Below, piece after piece: positions 20,557-30,379 of a DNA stretch of 64,000 nt; within the stretch, counting starts at the first letter, position 1, and each line of letters opens with the position of its first letter. The translations under genes and the position numbers were made by a program. Below the pieces are notes generated by a model. That model was not told where the DNA came from. It saw only the letters and a list, made by a program, of their open reading frames with translations, and did not search any database. The stretch comes from a virus: the IMG/VR virus record IMGVR_UViG_3300027782_000072, positions 9,275-73,274 of that record, one strand, 5' to 3'.

Positions 20557-22610
20557 CAATAAAAGCGCTCTATCCAACAGTTGAGCCCTCGCTTGAGCTG
20601 GACTTTGCCAATACAAAGGCGCTAGATCCTCGCATTAGCTTTGCGAGGGCTTCGACGGGCACGTATGTGGGCGCTGATGGGCTTATAAAGGCTGCCGCTA
20701 GTGGCGTGGCACGGTTTGACCATTCGACGACGGGGGAAAGCCTTGGGCTGTTGGTAGAAGAAGGAAGAACAAATTACGTGCCATATAGTGAGCAATTTGA
20801 TAATGCTCTTTGGATTAAAACTCGATCAACCGTTTCGGGGAATACAATTATTGCTCCAGACGGGAAAACTACTGCTGATGCAATTGTTGAAGACTCGGTT
20901 AATAACAATCATTTCATAGCCTTTGGCCCTTACGTGTCAGGAGGAGGAACTACTTTTCCGACCACAGCCGGGGCCGACTACGTGGTTTCTATTTTTGTAA
21001 AGAGAGGGGCAGGGTCCAGAAATTGTTTTATTTATTTAAAACGTTATACAGGTACGGCATATGGCGGCTGTTTTTTTAATTTTGACACGGAAGTTTTAAC
21101 TGTTAATACAGGAAAATCCCACAAAATTGATAAATTTTCAAACGGTTGGTATCGAATTTCTTTTGTTGGAACTGTAGACACAACAGGAACTGTTGAGCCA
21201 ATATTGGAAGTATATCTTATTGAGGGCACATCAAACTTTAATTATCAAGGCAATGGTGCAAGTAGTATATACCTTTGGGGAGCACAAGTTGAACTTGGCT
21301 CAGTCCTGACTTCGTATATTCCCACTGGCAACGCTTTAAGTGGGACGACTCGCGCTGCTGATGTGGCGAGTGTGTCCAATGCCAATTCAAGTATCTTCTC
21401 CACGTCCGCCTTCACCACCATCAACTCCCCATTCGGTACTGCTGGCGGCAGTTCAACACTAGGGTTTGCAGGGCCTGTAGTCAAGCGAACTTCCGTGTAC
21501 AATGGCAATCTATCGTCGTCTCAAATTAACACTCTCACTGGCACCAGTGATTTCTGGCGATGGCGAGTCACAGGTTCTACTTTTGCGCTGCCTAATTTCT
21601 TTACCGACGGCAATGTAACTGTTGACTGGAATGATGGAGTGGTAGAAACTCTTACCACTGGCGTACATACGTTCGTTGATGGCAAAACATATCATGACAT
21701 TGGTTTTAGGCTTAATAGTGGTACGTATTTTGGGCCCAGTGTTTCCAATAATGGTACATATGCCAATCGGGTGGTTGCTGTGGGTCCGACACCTGCCAGT
21801 ATGAAAATAAATGCTTCCGTCGTATTTTCTGGCTGCGTTAATTTAAAAATAGTTGATGCCACTCTCAACCTTACTGGCGGAACAAATTTTACCAATGCTT
21901 GGTTTCTTAATTATGCATTAAGTTCACTTCCAGTGGTTGATACAAGTACTGGCACTAATTTTACCAATACTTGGTATGCATGTGTCTCTCTTACTTCCTT
22001 TCCGCTTATTAACATTAGCACTGGAAGTTTATTTTATAGCACTTGGGTTAACTGTCAAGGACTCACCTCATTTCCACTGCTTAATTTTAGTTCGGCAACA
22101 GTTCTTGAGGCAACTTGGAACAATTGCACAGGACTTACCTCCTTTCCGTTAATTAATACGAGTAATGTAACAAATTTTAATTACACTTGGAACAATTGTT
22201 TCTCATTGACCTCTTTTCCCTTGATCAATACTGCTGCCGGTACAGTTTTTTTCTCCACATGGCTTCAGTGTTATGGATTAACCAGCTTTCCGGCATTAAA
22301 CTTTTCCGCTGGCACTGACTTTCGCGACGCTTGGCGATCATGCTCATCCTTGTCCACTTTTCCGCCAAATATGTTTAACACCACCGGATCATTAATCTCT
22401 ACTGCCTTCGGGACGGCTTTTACTGGTTGCGCATTAACTGCAATATCTATTGAAAATATTCTGACTTCATTGGTAACCAATGGCAGATCCAATATTACTC
22501 TTGACATGGCTGGCGGAACCAACGCAGGGGCGTCCACTTGGACTGCGCCAGCTCTTTCTGCATACGCTACCCTTGTCTCCAGGGGTTGGACTATCACCCG
22601 TAACGCTTAA
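20553..22610 (+). CDS. fibre/spike paralog with C-terminal BspA/DUF285-like leucine-rich repeats
   Basis: Same N-terminal module as the other paralogs, plus about seven 24-aa repeats of the form TWxxCxxLTSFPLINxS. Confidence 0.72.
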   Translation: MTIKALYPTVEPSLELDFANTKALDPRISFARASTGTYVGADGLIKAAASGVARFDHSTTGESLGLLVEEGRTNYVPYSEQFDNALWIKTRSTVSGNTIIAPDGKTTADAIVEDSVNNNHFIAFGPYVSGGGTTFPTTAGADYVVSIFVKRGAGSRNCFIYLKRYTGTAYGGCFFNFDTEVLTVNTGKSHKIDKFSNGWYRISFVGTVDTTGTVEPILEVYLIEGTSNFNYQGNGASSIYLWGAQVELGSVLTSYIPTGNALSGTTRAADVASVSNANSSIFSTSAFTTINSPFGTAGGSSTLGFAGPVVKRTSVYNGNLSSSQINTLTGTSDFWRWRVTGSTFALPNFFTDGNVTVDWNDGVVETLTTGVHTFVDGKTYHDIGFRLNSGTYFGPSVSNNGTYANRVVAVGPTPASMKINASVVFSGCVNLKIVDATLNLTGGTNFTNAWFLNYALSSLPVVDTSTGTNFTNTWYACVSLTSFPLINISTGSLFYSTWVNCQGLTSFPLLNFSSATVLEATWNNCTGLTSFPLINTSNVTNFNYTWNNCFSLTSFPLINTAAGTVFFSTWLQCYGLTSFPALNFSAGTDFRDAWRSCSSLSTFPPNMFNTTGSLISTAFGTAFTGCALTAISIENILTSLVTNGRSNITLDMAGGTNAGASTWTAPALSAYATLVSRGWTITRNA

Positions 22611-22612
22611 TT

Positions 22613-22972
22613 ATGACTAACTATCTTCGTTTTGCCAATCAAACCGCGTGGGAAGCTGCTGGCGAAGCCGCCGGTTTCCGCGTTAACCAGCCCGTTATTG
22701 TTCAAGAAGCATCGTTTGACAATGAAACCAATGAGTCCATTCCAGCAGTTTTTGAAGACCGTTGGACATGGCTCTACTACACACATGAATGGGCCATTGA
22801 CGATGTGGGTATTCTTTACAACAATGATGCCGTGGTAGATCCTGAAACCTTCGAGCTTATCACGCCTCCCACTCCCATGGAAGGCTGGCATATTAATTTT
22901 ATTGGCACGCTTCCCGAAGGTTGGGATCAATATCTAGTGGCACCTCGTAATCCTCGTCGGATGTTTGCTTAA
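22613..22972 (+). CDS. small fibre-associated protein
   Basis: Motifs IDDVG, GWHIN and P.NPRRMFA; directly follows the fibre genes. Confidence 0.55.
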   Translation: MTNYLRFANQTAWEAAGEAAGFRVNQPVIVQEASFDNETNESIPAVFEDRWTWLYYTHEWAIDDVGILYNNDAVVDPETFELITPPTPMEGWHINFIGTLPEGWDQYLVAPRNPRRMFA

Positions 22973-23001
22973 GCATTTCGATAGACTGAAAAGAAAGTGC
23001 T

Positions 23002-23526
23002 ATGGCCAGGGGATTAGTCCGTAAGAATAATCTATCTGATTTGCCTTCGCCCGAACAGGCGCGGATTAATCTTGGCCTGGCTTCTGCAGATTTAAACAGA
23101 ATTAAAGGACTGTTTTCTTCTGCTTATGTGCAGCCCACGGAAGTGCAATGCATTGCTGGATCGTCCAGTAATTTCCAGCAACAAATTGATAGTCTGAATG
23201 CCACGCTTTCTGGCATTGTTCCCAGTTTGTACGTTGCACGATCTGGAGATACCATTACTAGTGGCTGGACCAATACAGGCTTTATTCAATCAAGCTTCGT
23301 AGTGCAAAGTGGCACCACTCTCAGCGGTTCTACTGACAGTCTATTTTCCCTCACGGTTTCAGGACTGTCCTACAGCCTCTCCACTGCCACTCTTGTTTGC
23401 AATCTTGGCTTGACGGTGCAAGGGTTGGAGGACAATGGAAATGTGGTATTTGCCAGTGGAATCACAGTAAACAAGAAAGTGCCTGTTAAGATTGGCGGCA
23501 GACAATTCTTTATTGAGGCAGGCTAA
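23002..23526 (+). CDS. putative fibre/structural protein
   Basis: N-terminal NNLSDL...ARINLGL, as in neighbouring fibre proteins. Confidence 0.55.
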   Translation: MARGLVRKNNLSDLPSPEQARINLGLASADLNRIKGLFSSAYVQPTEVQCIAGSSSNFQQQIDSLNATLSGIVPSLYVARSGDTITSGWTNTGFIQSSFVVQSGTTLSGSTDSLFSLTVSGLSYSLSTATLVCNLGLTVQGLEDNGNVVFASGITVNKKVPVKIGGRQFFIEAG

Positions 23527-23669
23527 TGGCAGTTAAGGCAAAAGGGGGCAGTGCAGCCCTCAAGCGTTCACATCAGCCTGGACCCCCCAAGCTGACGAGG
23601 CAAGGAAATGGAAAGCGGAGCAAGCCCAGCCATGGCCGTAAGCTCCTGAGAGGACAGGGGAAAGCTTGA
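23526..23669 (+). CDS. small basic protein of a type common in cyanophages
   Basis: 47 aa MAVKAKGG...KLTRQGNGKRSKPSHGRKLLRGQGKA, below the ORF-track cutoff. Start is coupled to the upstream stop (TAATG). Confidence 0.7.
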   Translation: MAVKAKGGSAALKRSHQPGPPKLTRQGNGKRSKPSHGRKLLRGQGKA

Positions 23670-23717
23670 CAATGGCAATGGGAAAGGCTAGCTTCTGGCT
23701 GGCTTTTTCTTGGTCTT

Positions 23718-23954
23718 GTGGCTGCCGACATCAACTGCTATTCCTTTTCCCATCGCTTCTCCTCCACGCAAGATTTGCCTGGCTATTGCGGCTATGAAGA
23801 AATCACGCATCAGTGTCAAATGGCTGATGCTCCTGCGTTAGTGCGTTCTTTCGCTCATTTCCTTACTGGCTGCGGCTTTGCCCCATCGTCTGTTTACAAC
23901 GCAATGGAGACCATTGGAACGGAGTATAATGAAGCATACATAGACAAGGAATAA
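23718..23954 (+). CDS. hypothetical protein
   Basis: ORF fills the gap between genes; contains FAHFLTGCGF. Confidence 0.5.
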   Translation: MAADINCYSFSHRFSSTQDLPGYCGYEEITHQCQMADAPALVRSFAHFLTGCGFAPSSVYNAMETIGTEYNEAYIDKE

Positions 23955-23959
23955 TTTCA

Positions 23960-25186
23960 ATGGGCCAAATTGTTGCAGATGGGGAGCAGTTTGAAACCCA
24001 CGTAATTGCCGATAAATACGGCCATCTTCTTGATTACGGCCCTGACAGTGGAGTGGTAGATGCATTTGGCAGGCAGCGTGTAAGCAATCCTTATACGCTG
24101 TTTGATAGCACAATGCGCTTTGACAAGCGCACCGATCAATGGTATGAAATTACTACCGCCAGCGGAACTACTAATTTCCTCACCAATGCCAGCACGTTAG
24201 AGCTTAAAACCACCACTGCTTCTGGCGATACTGTTCTGCGTCGTACAAAGCAAAGATTCCCTTACCAGCCAGGGAAAAGTATTTTCTCCATGCAAAGTTT
24301 TGTTGGGGCACCATTGGCCAGTGGCTTGGTTCAGGAAATTGGTTATTTTGATGATAATAATGGTGTGATGCTACGCGCCAGTGGCACCACTCTCCAGTTT
24401 GTCATCAGAAGTTTTACTACTGGCAGTGTTGTCGAAAACGTAGTTAATCAGTCCGATTGGAATATTGAAACTTTTCCGGCGTTAAATTTTAACAGGGCAC
24501 AGATTTTTGCTACAGATTTGGAATGGCTGGGAGTGGGAAGAGTAAGATGTGGATTTGTTATTGATGGAAGCATTGTCTATTGTCATGAATTTAACCATGC
24601 AAATAATATCAATAGAACATACATGCAAACGGCAATTCTCCCATTGTCATATCGCATTGTCAATACCACTGCACAGGCAAGTGGCACCACTTTCCAGCAA
24701 GTTTGCTGCAGCCTTTTAAGTGAAGGCGGTTATGAACCAAATGGCGCCATCTATTCGGCATTTCCTAATTTTGCAAGCGTTTCTGCTGCCACCGGAGAGC
24801 GCCTTACCGCTGCAATTCGCATGGTAAGTGGTCGCACGGGCAATGTAATTTTGCCGGTCAAGATTGATGTGGCTGCGTTTACTAGTGATGTTATCTTATG
24901 GAGGTTGCGTTTGAATCCTACGCTTTCTGGTGTCACGTGGAGTGGAGCCGCTAACGGAAGGGGAAATGTTGAAACAACCACAAGCGCCACTTCAGTGATT
25001 GGCGGCACTATCGTCAATACTGGCATTGTTTCCCAGCAGCAGTCAACAGATTTAAAGATTGAAACAGCAATTCGCCTTTCTCTTGGGGTGAATGCATCTG
25101 GGCAAAGTGACGTGCTGGCTTTGACCATTGAAAGCGATGGATCGGCAAGAGCAATGGGACAATTGGGCTGGGTGGAGATTGTCTAG
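23960..25186 (+). CDS. virion structural protein, YQPG family paralog 3
   Basis: Motifs DAFGRQRVS, RFPYQPGKS, DLEWLGVGRVRCG and C-terminal GWVEI. Confidence 0.65.
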   Translation: MGQIVADGEQFETHVIADKYGHLLDYGPDSGVVDAFGRQRVSNPYTLFDSTMRFDKRTDQWYEITTASGTTNFLTNASTLELKTTTASGDTVLRRTKQRFPYQPGKSIFSMQSFVGAPLASGLVQEIGYFDDNNGVMLRASGTTLQFVIRSFTTGSVVENVVNQSDWNIETFPALNFNRAQIFATDLEWLGVGRVRCGFVIDGSIVYCHEFNHANNINRTYMQTAILPLSYRIVNTTAQASGTTFQQVCCSLLSEGGYEPNGAIYSAFPNFASVSAATGERLTAAIRMVSGRTGNVILPVKIDVAAFTSDVILWRLRLNPTLSGVTWSGAANGRGNVETTTSATSVIGGTIVNTGIVSQQQSTDLKIETAIRLSLGVNASGQSDVLALTIESDGSARAMGQLGWVEIV

Positions 25187-25219
25187 TGGTGCTACAGTTC
25201 TAGGACTGGCGCATTGTTC

Positions 25220-25564
25220 ATGAAAAACTGGCTTGACAGTCCAGAGATGGAAGCTTTCCGTGACGCATGGCATCATGCTGATTTGGTGCAAGGCGCGGAA
25301 GATCAAGCTTGGTGGGACAGTCTTACGATGGACGAACGGGCGCAAGCGTTCCGCCAAATTTGTAAGCTAATTTACAAAGCAGACGTGAAAGACAAGGGCA
25401 GCTATCGCTATGCAATGTATGACATTTTTAATATTGATTATGGCGATGGATTAAAGCACTACATGCAAATTCACAACTTAATTAGTCATGCTGTTGATGG
25501 TGAGCAAGCGGCATTCGTTGAGCGCGTTGATGACAATTTAAATAGTACAGACGAGTGGTCATGA
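25220..25564 (+). CDS. hypothetical phage protein
   Basis: Contains WWDSLT...GSYRYAMYDIF. Confidence 0.55.
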   Translation: MKNWLDSPEMEAFRDAWHHADLVQGAEDQAWWDSLTMDERAQAFRQICKLIYKADVKDKGSYRYAMYDIFNIDYGDGLKHYMQIHNLISHAVDGEQAAFVERVDDNLNSTDEWS

Positions 25565-25626
25565 AAAGGCCGGTGGTAAACATGAATAGACCAACGACGA
25601 TTTCCATGGTGCAAAAGAATCTCGTC

Positions 25627-26025
25627 CTATTGTAGCTCTTCCAGTTGATAGGTGATCCTCATTTCGCCTCCTAGAGCTTTTACATCGTCGCTGGCGTCTT
25701 CTGCTGCTTCCTGCTGGATCATCACAGAAGGAACAACGGCATCAGGCAATGCAGTGATGGTGGCATGAGGATAGAGCTGCTTGGCTTGTTCTACTAACGT
25801 TGATGCTTTCTGAATACGCTCTTCCTTATCCCATTGCTCCACAATCTTAATAGTTTGCTTATCTACATCTTTCATCGTCCGTTGTGTTTTCCACTCAGTC
25901 CAATCTGGACGGCACCAGACAATGAGCCTGGTTAGCCATGGGCTAAAGGCAAGCGAAGGATATTTAGCAATCAGCCAAATGGCCACTTCATAAAGCAGGG
26001 CATTAACCAGCGCTGTTAGGGTCAT
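25627..26025 (-). CDS. membrane-anchored protein in lysis cassette
   Basis: Hydrophobic N-terminus; overlaps the endolysin stop. Confidence 0.5.
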   Translation of the reverse strand: MTLTALVNALLYEVAIWLIAKYPSLAFSPWLTRLIVWCRPDWTEWKTQRTMKDVDKQTIKIVEQWDKEERIQKASTLVEQAKQLYPHATITALPDAVVPSVMIQQEAAEDASDDVKALGGEMRITYQLEELQ

Positions 26026-26723
26026 TTGCTAACCAACACAGCCCAGCCAGAATTTGGACCTTCAACAGTCCAACGTGGCAGCCAATATTTATTGCCATAG
26101 TAAACACATTTGCCACCTTCTCCACTGGAATAGCCACCATTCACAATGTCAGCCGTTCCATACGGGTCGTTATGGACCACAGAAATTGCATCAAAACCCA
26201 CTGCCACTGTCCAATGGCCGCCTCCAGACGGGGCCGTATAGCGTCCATGATGCAACCATCCAACCAGCACGGGACGGCCTGCTTGAAGCTCTTTGTGAAG
26301 GGTCTCTAGACCCATATTTTGCTTGAATTCTGCCTTGAGTCCTAGATGGTGAAGGGCCTTGAGCTGAGCACTGGAGTCAGTAGTGTCGCCATAACGAGCA
26401 CGAATGGAATTGTATTCATCATCGCTACCCACTTTCCCATAGAACTTGGCAACCATTGCAGAGCTGCTACTAAAGCATTCGCGACTGCCATTGCCACTTT
26501 TGTTGTCACGTTGCCATTCATATGGCACAGACAATACCACCTTCTTAGGAGGTTCTTGTTTTCCAGCCTGGCTCCAAATCTTAAACCATTCATTATCTTT
26601 GTCCATCAATTCAGGAGCAGTTTTCATGAGCTGCTCCTCAAGCATTTGCACTGCAGCACTTTGGTACGGCAGTCCATTCTTGTAATATTTGAACAAATCT
26701 GAAAGGCGAACGGAGCCAGACAT
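26022..26723 (-). CDS. C39-like cysteine peptidase, probable endolysin
   Basis: VPYEWQ...ECFSSSSAM (Cys), GGHW (His), NDPYG (Asp). Confidence 0.8.
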   Translation of the reverse strand: MSGSVRLSDLFKYYKNGLPYQSAAVQMLEEQLMKTAPELMDKDNEWFKIWSQAGKQEPPKKVVLSVPYEWQRDNKSGNGSRECFSSSSAMVAKFYGKVGSDDEYNSIRARYGDTTDSSAQLKALHHLGLKAEFKQNMGLETLHKELQAGRPVLVGWLHHGRYTAPSGGGHWTVAVGFDAISVVHNDPYGTADIVNGGYSSGEGGKCVYYGNKYWLPRWTVEGPNSGWAVLVSK

Positions 26724-26732
26724 GCCTGCGTC

Positions 26733-26879
26733 CTAGTTAATTTTGGTCTTGAAGATGGCCTTTGCAATGGCAAGAACAAGCTCGACAGTGCTATTAGGCT
26801 TGATGGGAAGAGCGGCAATAATGGTTTCAATGGCACCGACGACAACGCCGCCGATAAGCATAAGTTCTGCAGGAGTCAT
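26733..26879 (-). CDS. putative holin
   Basis: 48 aa hydrophobic MTPAELMLIGGVVVGAIETIIAALPIKPNSTVELVLAIAKAIFKTKIN, directly upstream of the endolysin. Confidence 0.6.
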   Translation of the reverse strand: MTPAELMLIGGVVVGAIETIIAALPIKPNSTVELVLAIAKAIFKTKIN

Positions 26880-26903
26880 GAGGGACAATGCGTTTTCTTT
26901 AGC

Positions 26904-27113
26904 TTAGCGTTTGATTTCCAAATCGCGCACTCTGCCCTCAATTCCTTTCATACTATTTGTCAAGTCGTCCAATTTATCAGCAATACTTTCAACTTGTGTG
27001 GAAATTTTTACTTGTTGGTTGCCCACTGTTACCATCATTCCACCACTGGCAAGCAGCATGCCTGCAGTCACCGTTGCTGCAAAGTTCATCATGCCTTCTT
27101 GCCAAGACTGCAT
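26904..27113 (-). CDS. small TM + coiled-coil protein (lysis cassette)
   Basis: One hydrophobic helix followed by a heptad pattern. Confidence 0.5.
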   Translation of the reverse strand: MQSWQEGMMNFAATVTAGMLLASGGMMVTVGNQQVKISTQVESIADKLDDLTNSMKGIEGRVRDLEIKR

Positions 27114-27200
27114 TGGTCGTTGTCCTTTTTCAATATTCTACACAATCACCGTCTTTAACTTTGGCGGTTTAAACTATGAGGAAGTCAATTTAATATCACC

Positions 27201-27692
27201 ATGGGGATGAGAAATGGACCTGAAGAACTCCTTCAATCCCTCTCTGAATTACGCCCTGGTGAGGCCAAACGACGTTTCCGTAAAGGCATCTTTGAGGATT
27301 ATCCGCTACGAGGCCCTTTTGGGCATTGCGCTTGCGCCTATTGTGGCAAATGGACCGAAAAGCTAACTCTCGATCATGTCGTTGCCAAAAGCAAAGGCGG
27401 GCCACATTTTGCAAAATTTAACCTTGTACCCGCCTGTCTCGCCTGCAACGCAAAAAAATCAAACCTTGCTCTTATTAGATGGTGGAGACAGCAAGAGTTT
27501 TGGACGAAAAATAAGGAGTTAGTTCTGCTTGCGTGGGTGTACGCAAATAGTTTTGTAAGCGCACACACTGATCTGCATGAATATGAGTTGTGGATGGAAA
27601 AGATTGGATATGTTACGCCTAGGTCAGATTTAAAACCTGTTCCGTGGCACGACACTACATCTCGTTGTTTGCCCATCGCTCAGATGTGCTGA
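27201..27692 (+). CDS. HNH endonuclease
   Basis: CAYCG...TLDHVVAKSKGG...NLVPACLACNAKK. Confidence 0.88.
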   Translation: MGMRNGPEELLQSLSELRPGEAKRRFRKGIFEDYPLRGPFGHCACAYCGKWTEKLTLDHVVAKSKGGPHFAKFNLVPACLACNAKKSNLALIRWWRQQEFWTKNKELVLLAWVYANSFVSAHTDLHEYELWMEKIGYVTPRSDLKPVPWHDTTSRCLPIAQMC

Positions 27693-28434
27693 GATAAGCA
27701 ATTGCAGATTCTAGGAGAGCCACGTTGTCCTGAAAATGGCCAAGGCCTTTATTGCATACAGAGCACAACAACCCTCGAACATTGCCAGTTTCGTGGCAGT
27801 GGTCAACGGCTACATTTTTACTTCTAAATGTTGATCCTTGTTTAATTTCAAGTTCCGTTTGGCAAATTGCGCAACAGTTATTTTGCTCTTCCCGAATGCG
27901 ATTAAACTTTTCTACTGACATTTTGTAACGATATTTTAGAAACAAAGCCGAAACGCAATCCTGGCAACGACTTGAGATATTGCTGCTGTCGTGACTTCCG
28001 TGAAAACAATTAAGCAATTTTTTCTCTTTACATGTGGAACATTGTTTGATTCCTGTTTTGATTTCCTTGAGTCGTCTTTTTTCCGCCTCTTGAGCCTTTT
28101 TCTGATTCTTGCCAGGCGCAAACCATTCTGGGAAAGGCGCAATTTCCAGTGCCTGTTCTGGCGTTAATCCCAGGTTAATCCGATTGGCAATAAACCGCCC
28201 ACTGAATCCATACTCCTCCGCAGCATCTTTAATTTTTGCGTACCGTACGCCATTAACCAGTATTGGACGACCCATGCTATTCGTCCTTGCTCTTGGTGCT
28301 ATTTCTAGCGCCTCTTCTAGACTCCAACTCAAGGCAAGCCTGGCGCCCACTTTTGGCGGAGTAAACCCATAATGCCTTGCTGCTTCGGAAATAGATTCGT
28401 ACTGGACTCCTTCTACGGTTACTCGATGAGCCAA
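27655..28434 (-). mobile_element. endonuclease VII-family homing endonuclease
   Basis: CAIC...VDHCHETGNVRGLLCSVCNKGLG, plus two N-terminal DNA-binding repeats (G..Y.SI.EAA..YG). Confidence 0.82.
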
Positions 28435-28500
28435 GTGTCTACCTTGTTTACGTTGTCAAAAGATTCTAGCAAGTTTTTTCCCGAGAAACGTTGTTATTGC

Positions 28501-28530
28501 AAAAGAAAAGGGGGCTTATGGCCCCCTCTC
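28501..28530 (-). terminator. intrinsic terminator
   Basis: Minus strand GGGGGC-CATAA-GCCCCC followed by TTTTCTTTT, after the DUF3310 gene. Confidence 0.6.
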
Positions 28531-28548
28531 TACTATTTGGTGCGCCGC

Positions 28549-28944
28549 TTAACCGTAAGCACGCTTCCAGCAATCACCGTCGTCCAATGGCTCTGGAGGA
28601 CCTTGGCGAAATGTGCAGCCGCTGATCATGTAGGCATCAGGATCGGCAGGTTCAACATCATCTAGGGGAGTTTTAAGCTCAGCCAAGAATTCGCTAACTG
28701 TATTTTCAACGCGCTGAGTAAATGCTTCGTCTGTTTCAATGGTTTCGATGAGGTAGTTTAGATACCATTGGCATTTCAGCAAGTCTTCCTTGCCATTTTT
28801 GCGTTCATAACGCCATAAATACTTGTGGCAATTGCCCTTAAGAAAGCCTTTAAAGGCTTCGCTACTCATAGAAGCTTGAATTGCTTCAATGCTTTCAATG
28901 CCACCCTGGGCGTAATGGCTGGGACTATTTATGGGGTCGTGCAT
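28549..28944 (-). CDS. DUF3310 / T7 gp1.7-like nucleotide kinase
   Basis: DPINSPSHY...IESIEAI...KYLWRYERKNGKEDLLKCQWYL. Confidence 0.8.
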   Translation of the reverse strand: MHDPINSPSHYAQGGIESIEAIQASMSSEAFKGFLKGNCHKYLWRYERKNGKEDLLKCQWYLNYLIETIETDEAFTQRVENTVSEFLAELKTPLDDVEPADPDAYMISGCTFRQGPPEPLDDGDCWKRAYG

Positions 28945-28946
28945 GA

Positions 28947-29669
28947 TCAGAGTTGGTAGTTGTTTTCAGCAAATGCCTCGAATACTTCCGGGGCGATGGG
29001 TTCAGCCAGCTTAAGCAAAGCCTCGGCATAAACGGCAATTTCATGCTGGGCACCCTTGCCAATGCGAAGGCTAATGAAATGCAGCAGAGCCTGCAAGGAA
29101 CATGTCCAGACAAAACTTGTGTACACGCATGGTGGTAACACGCCACGAGCCTGCTCACGGCTCACACCAGCCATCAGAAGCGCATCGTAAGCTTGCTTGC
29201 TTTCCTCCACAGTCTTCGTATAAATCTGAGCGGCCAGGGCCTGCCCCCGTGAATCAAGCAGCTCTCCAGAGGCTTGCCTGTTGTTGGTGGCTTGAGAAGC
29301 AAATTGAGCAGGCACATAAAATTCTGCATCTTTAGCAGGACAGTAGCGGAAGCTTTTCTCATTCCAGCCAAGTTGGTCATCAACGTAAGTAGAGGCAATG
29401 GTGTGTTTGTACCACTGCCGGGCAATAAACAATGGTGCCTTCACCATCCATTTGAAAACCACGCCACGCAAAGGGCTCGTGTGTTGGTGCTTGATCAAAT
29501 ACTTGAGAAGCTTGGCATCACGCTCTGACCATTCCTCGGAATGTCCATCAAAGCTTTGCCTTGCATCGTTCACAATCGACAGGCTATTCCCCATCGCATC
29601 AATGAGGCATACATAGCTCTTCCCATCGTTTAGCGGATCGATGGGAGGCGGAAGGAGCGGATTAATCAT
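28947..29669 (-). CDS. thyX: flavin-dependent thymidylate synthase
   Basis: Motifs HTSP, IARQWYKH, WNEKSFRY, EQARGVLP and LR...AQHEI. Confidence 0.92.
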   Translation of the reverse strand: MINPLLPPPIDPLNDGKSYVCLIDAMGNSLSIVNDARQSFDGHSEEWSERDAKLLKYLIKHQHTSPLRGVVFKWMVKAPLFIARQWYKHTIASTYVDDQLGWNEKSFRYCPAKDAEFYVPAQFASQATNNRQASGELLDSRGQALAAQIYTKTVEESKQAYDALLMAGVSREQARGVLPPCVYTSFVWTCSLQALLHFISLRIGKGAQHEIAVYAEALLKLAEPIAPEVFEAFAENNYQL

Positions 29670-30016
29670 TGTTGAGAATCAGCGCCACTGGACGGATTCG
29701 TTGAAATGCCACTGTACCACTGATGTGAGTAGTTTTTTCGTCCCATTTGACCATTGCAGCCTTTCGTCCATTGCTTCTATCGATGCCCAAGAATGTGCCG
29801 TAAATGGACGTTGGCACCATTCCAGCCCCCGTGAGGGCGACCAGCGCCACTCGCTCACCTTCTTGCCAGTCATAGCCCTTTGGAACGCTCCTCAGCTTAT
29901 AACGCCGGGAAGCCGGACGCAAGATTTCGGGATTCTCGCCATTTTCCACACGTCGTACAAATTGCTTGCCATGCCCTCTTGGTTGTAGCCTAGAGACTAC
30001 GAACGATGGTTTAAGC

Positions 30017-30379
30017 ATGAAATTCTGCCTTCCAGTGGAATTGGTTTACAATGGCAAAAGCAGTGTGGCAATGATGGGTCCATTTGAGCAGTCAGCAGAG
30101 CGTGAGTTTTCCTTAGCTGTCAATAGGAAGGCCATCGCAGAATGCCATGACAACGTAAAGCTTCGTGAAGTGGCGCAGAATTTACTAACTGGCTGGTCGT
30201 CTATGCAAACGGCAGTTCAAAGCTTAATGCTTGAAAACATTCAGCTTCGTCAAGCAATGGCCAAGCAGGAAACAGACCTAGAAGCTGCTGATGAGATTAT
30301 TAAAGAGGCTATGGAGCTTGTTGAATGTGCTCAGCAATCAGCGCGTGCCAAAAAACGTCTTTGGCCATGGTCGAAGTGA
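30017..30379 (+). CDS. hypothetical coiled-coil protein
   Basis: Lone plus-strand ORF with heptad repeats. Confidence 0.5.
   Translation: MKFCLPVELVYNGKSSVAMMGPFEQSAEREFSLAVNRKAIAECHDNVKLREVAQNLLTGWSSMQTAVQSLMLENIQLRQAMAKQETDLEAADEIIKEAMELVECAQQSARAKKRLWPWSK

Noticed and set aside
15449-22610. Diversity-generating retroelement or shufflon
   Set aside because: No reverse transcriptase or invertase, no adenine-specific TR/VR pair and no inverted crossover sites were seen.
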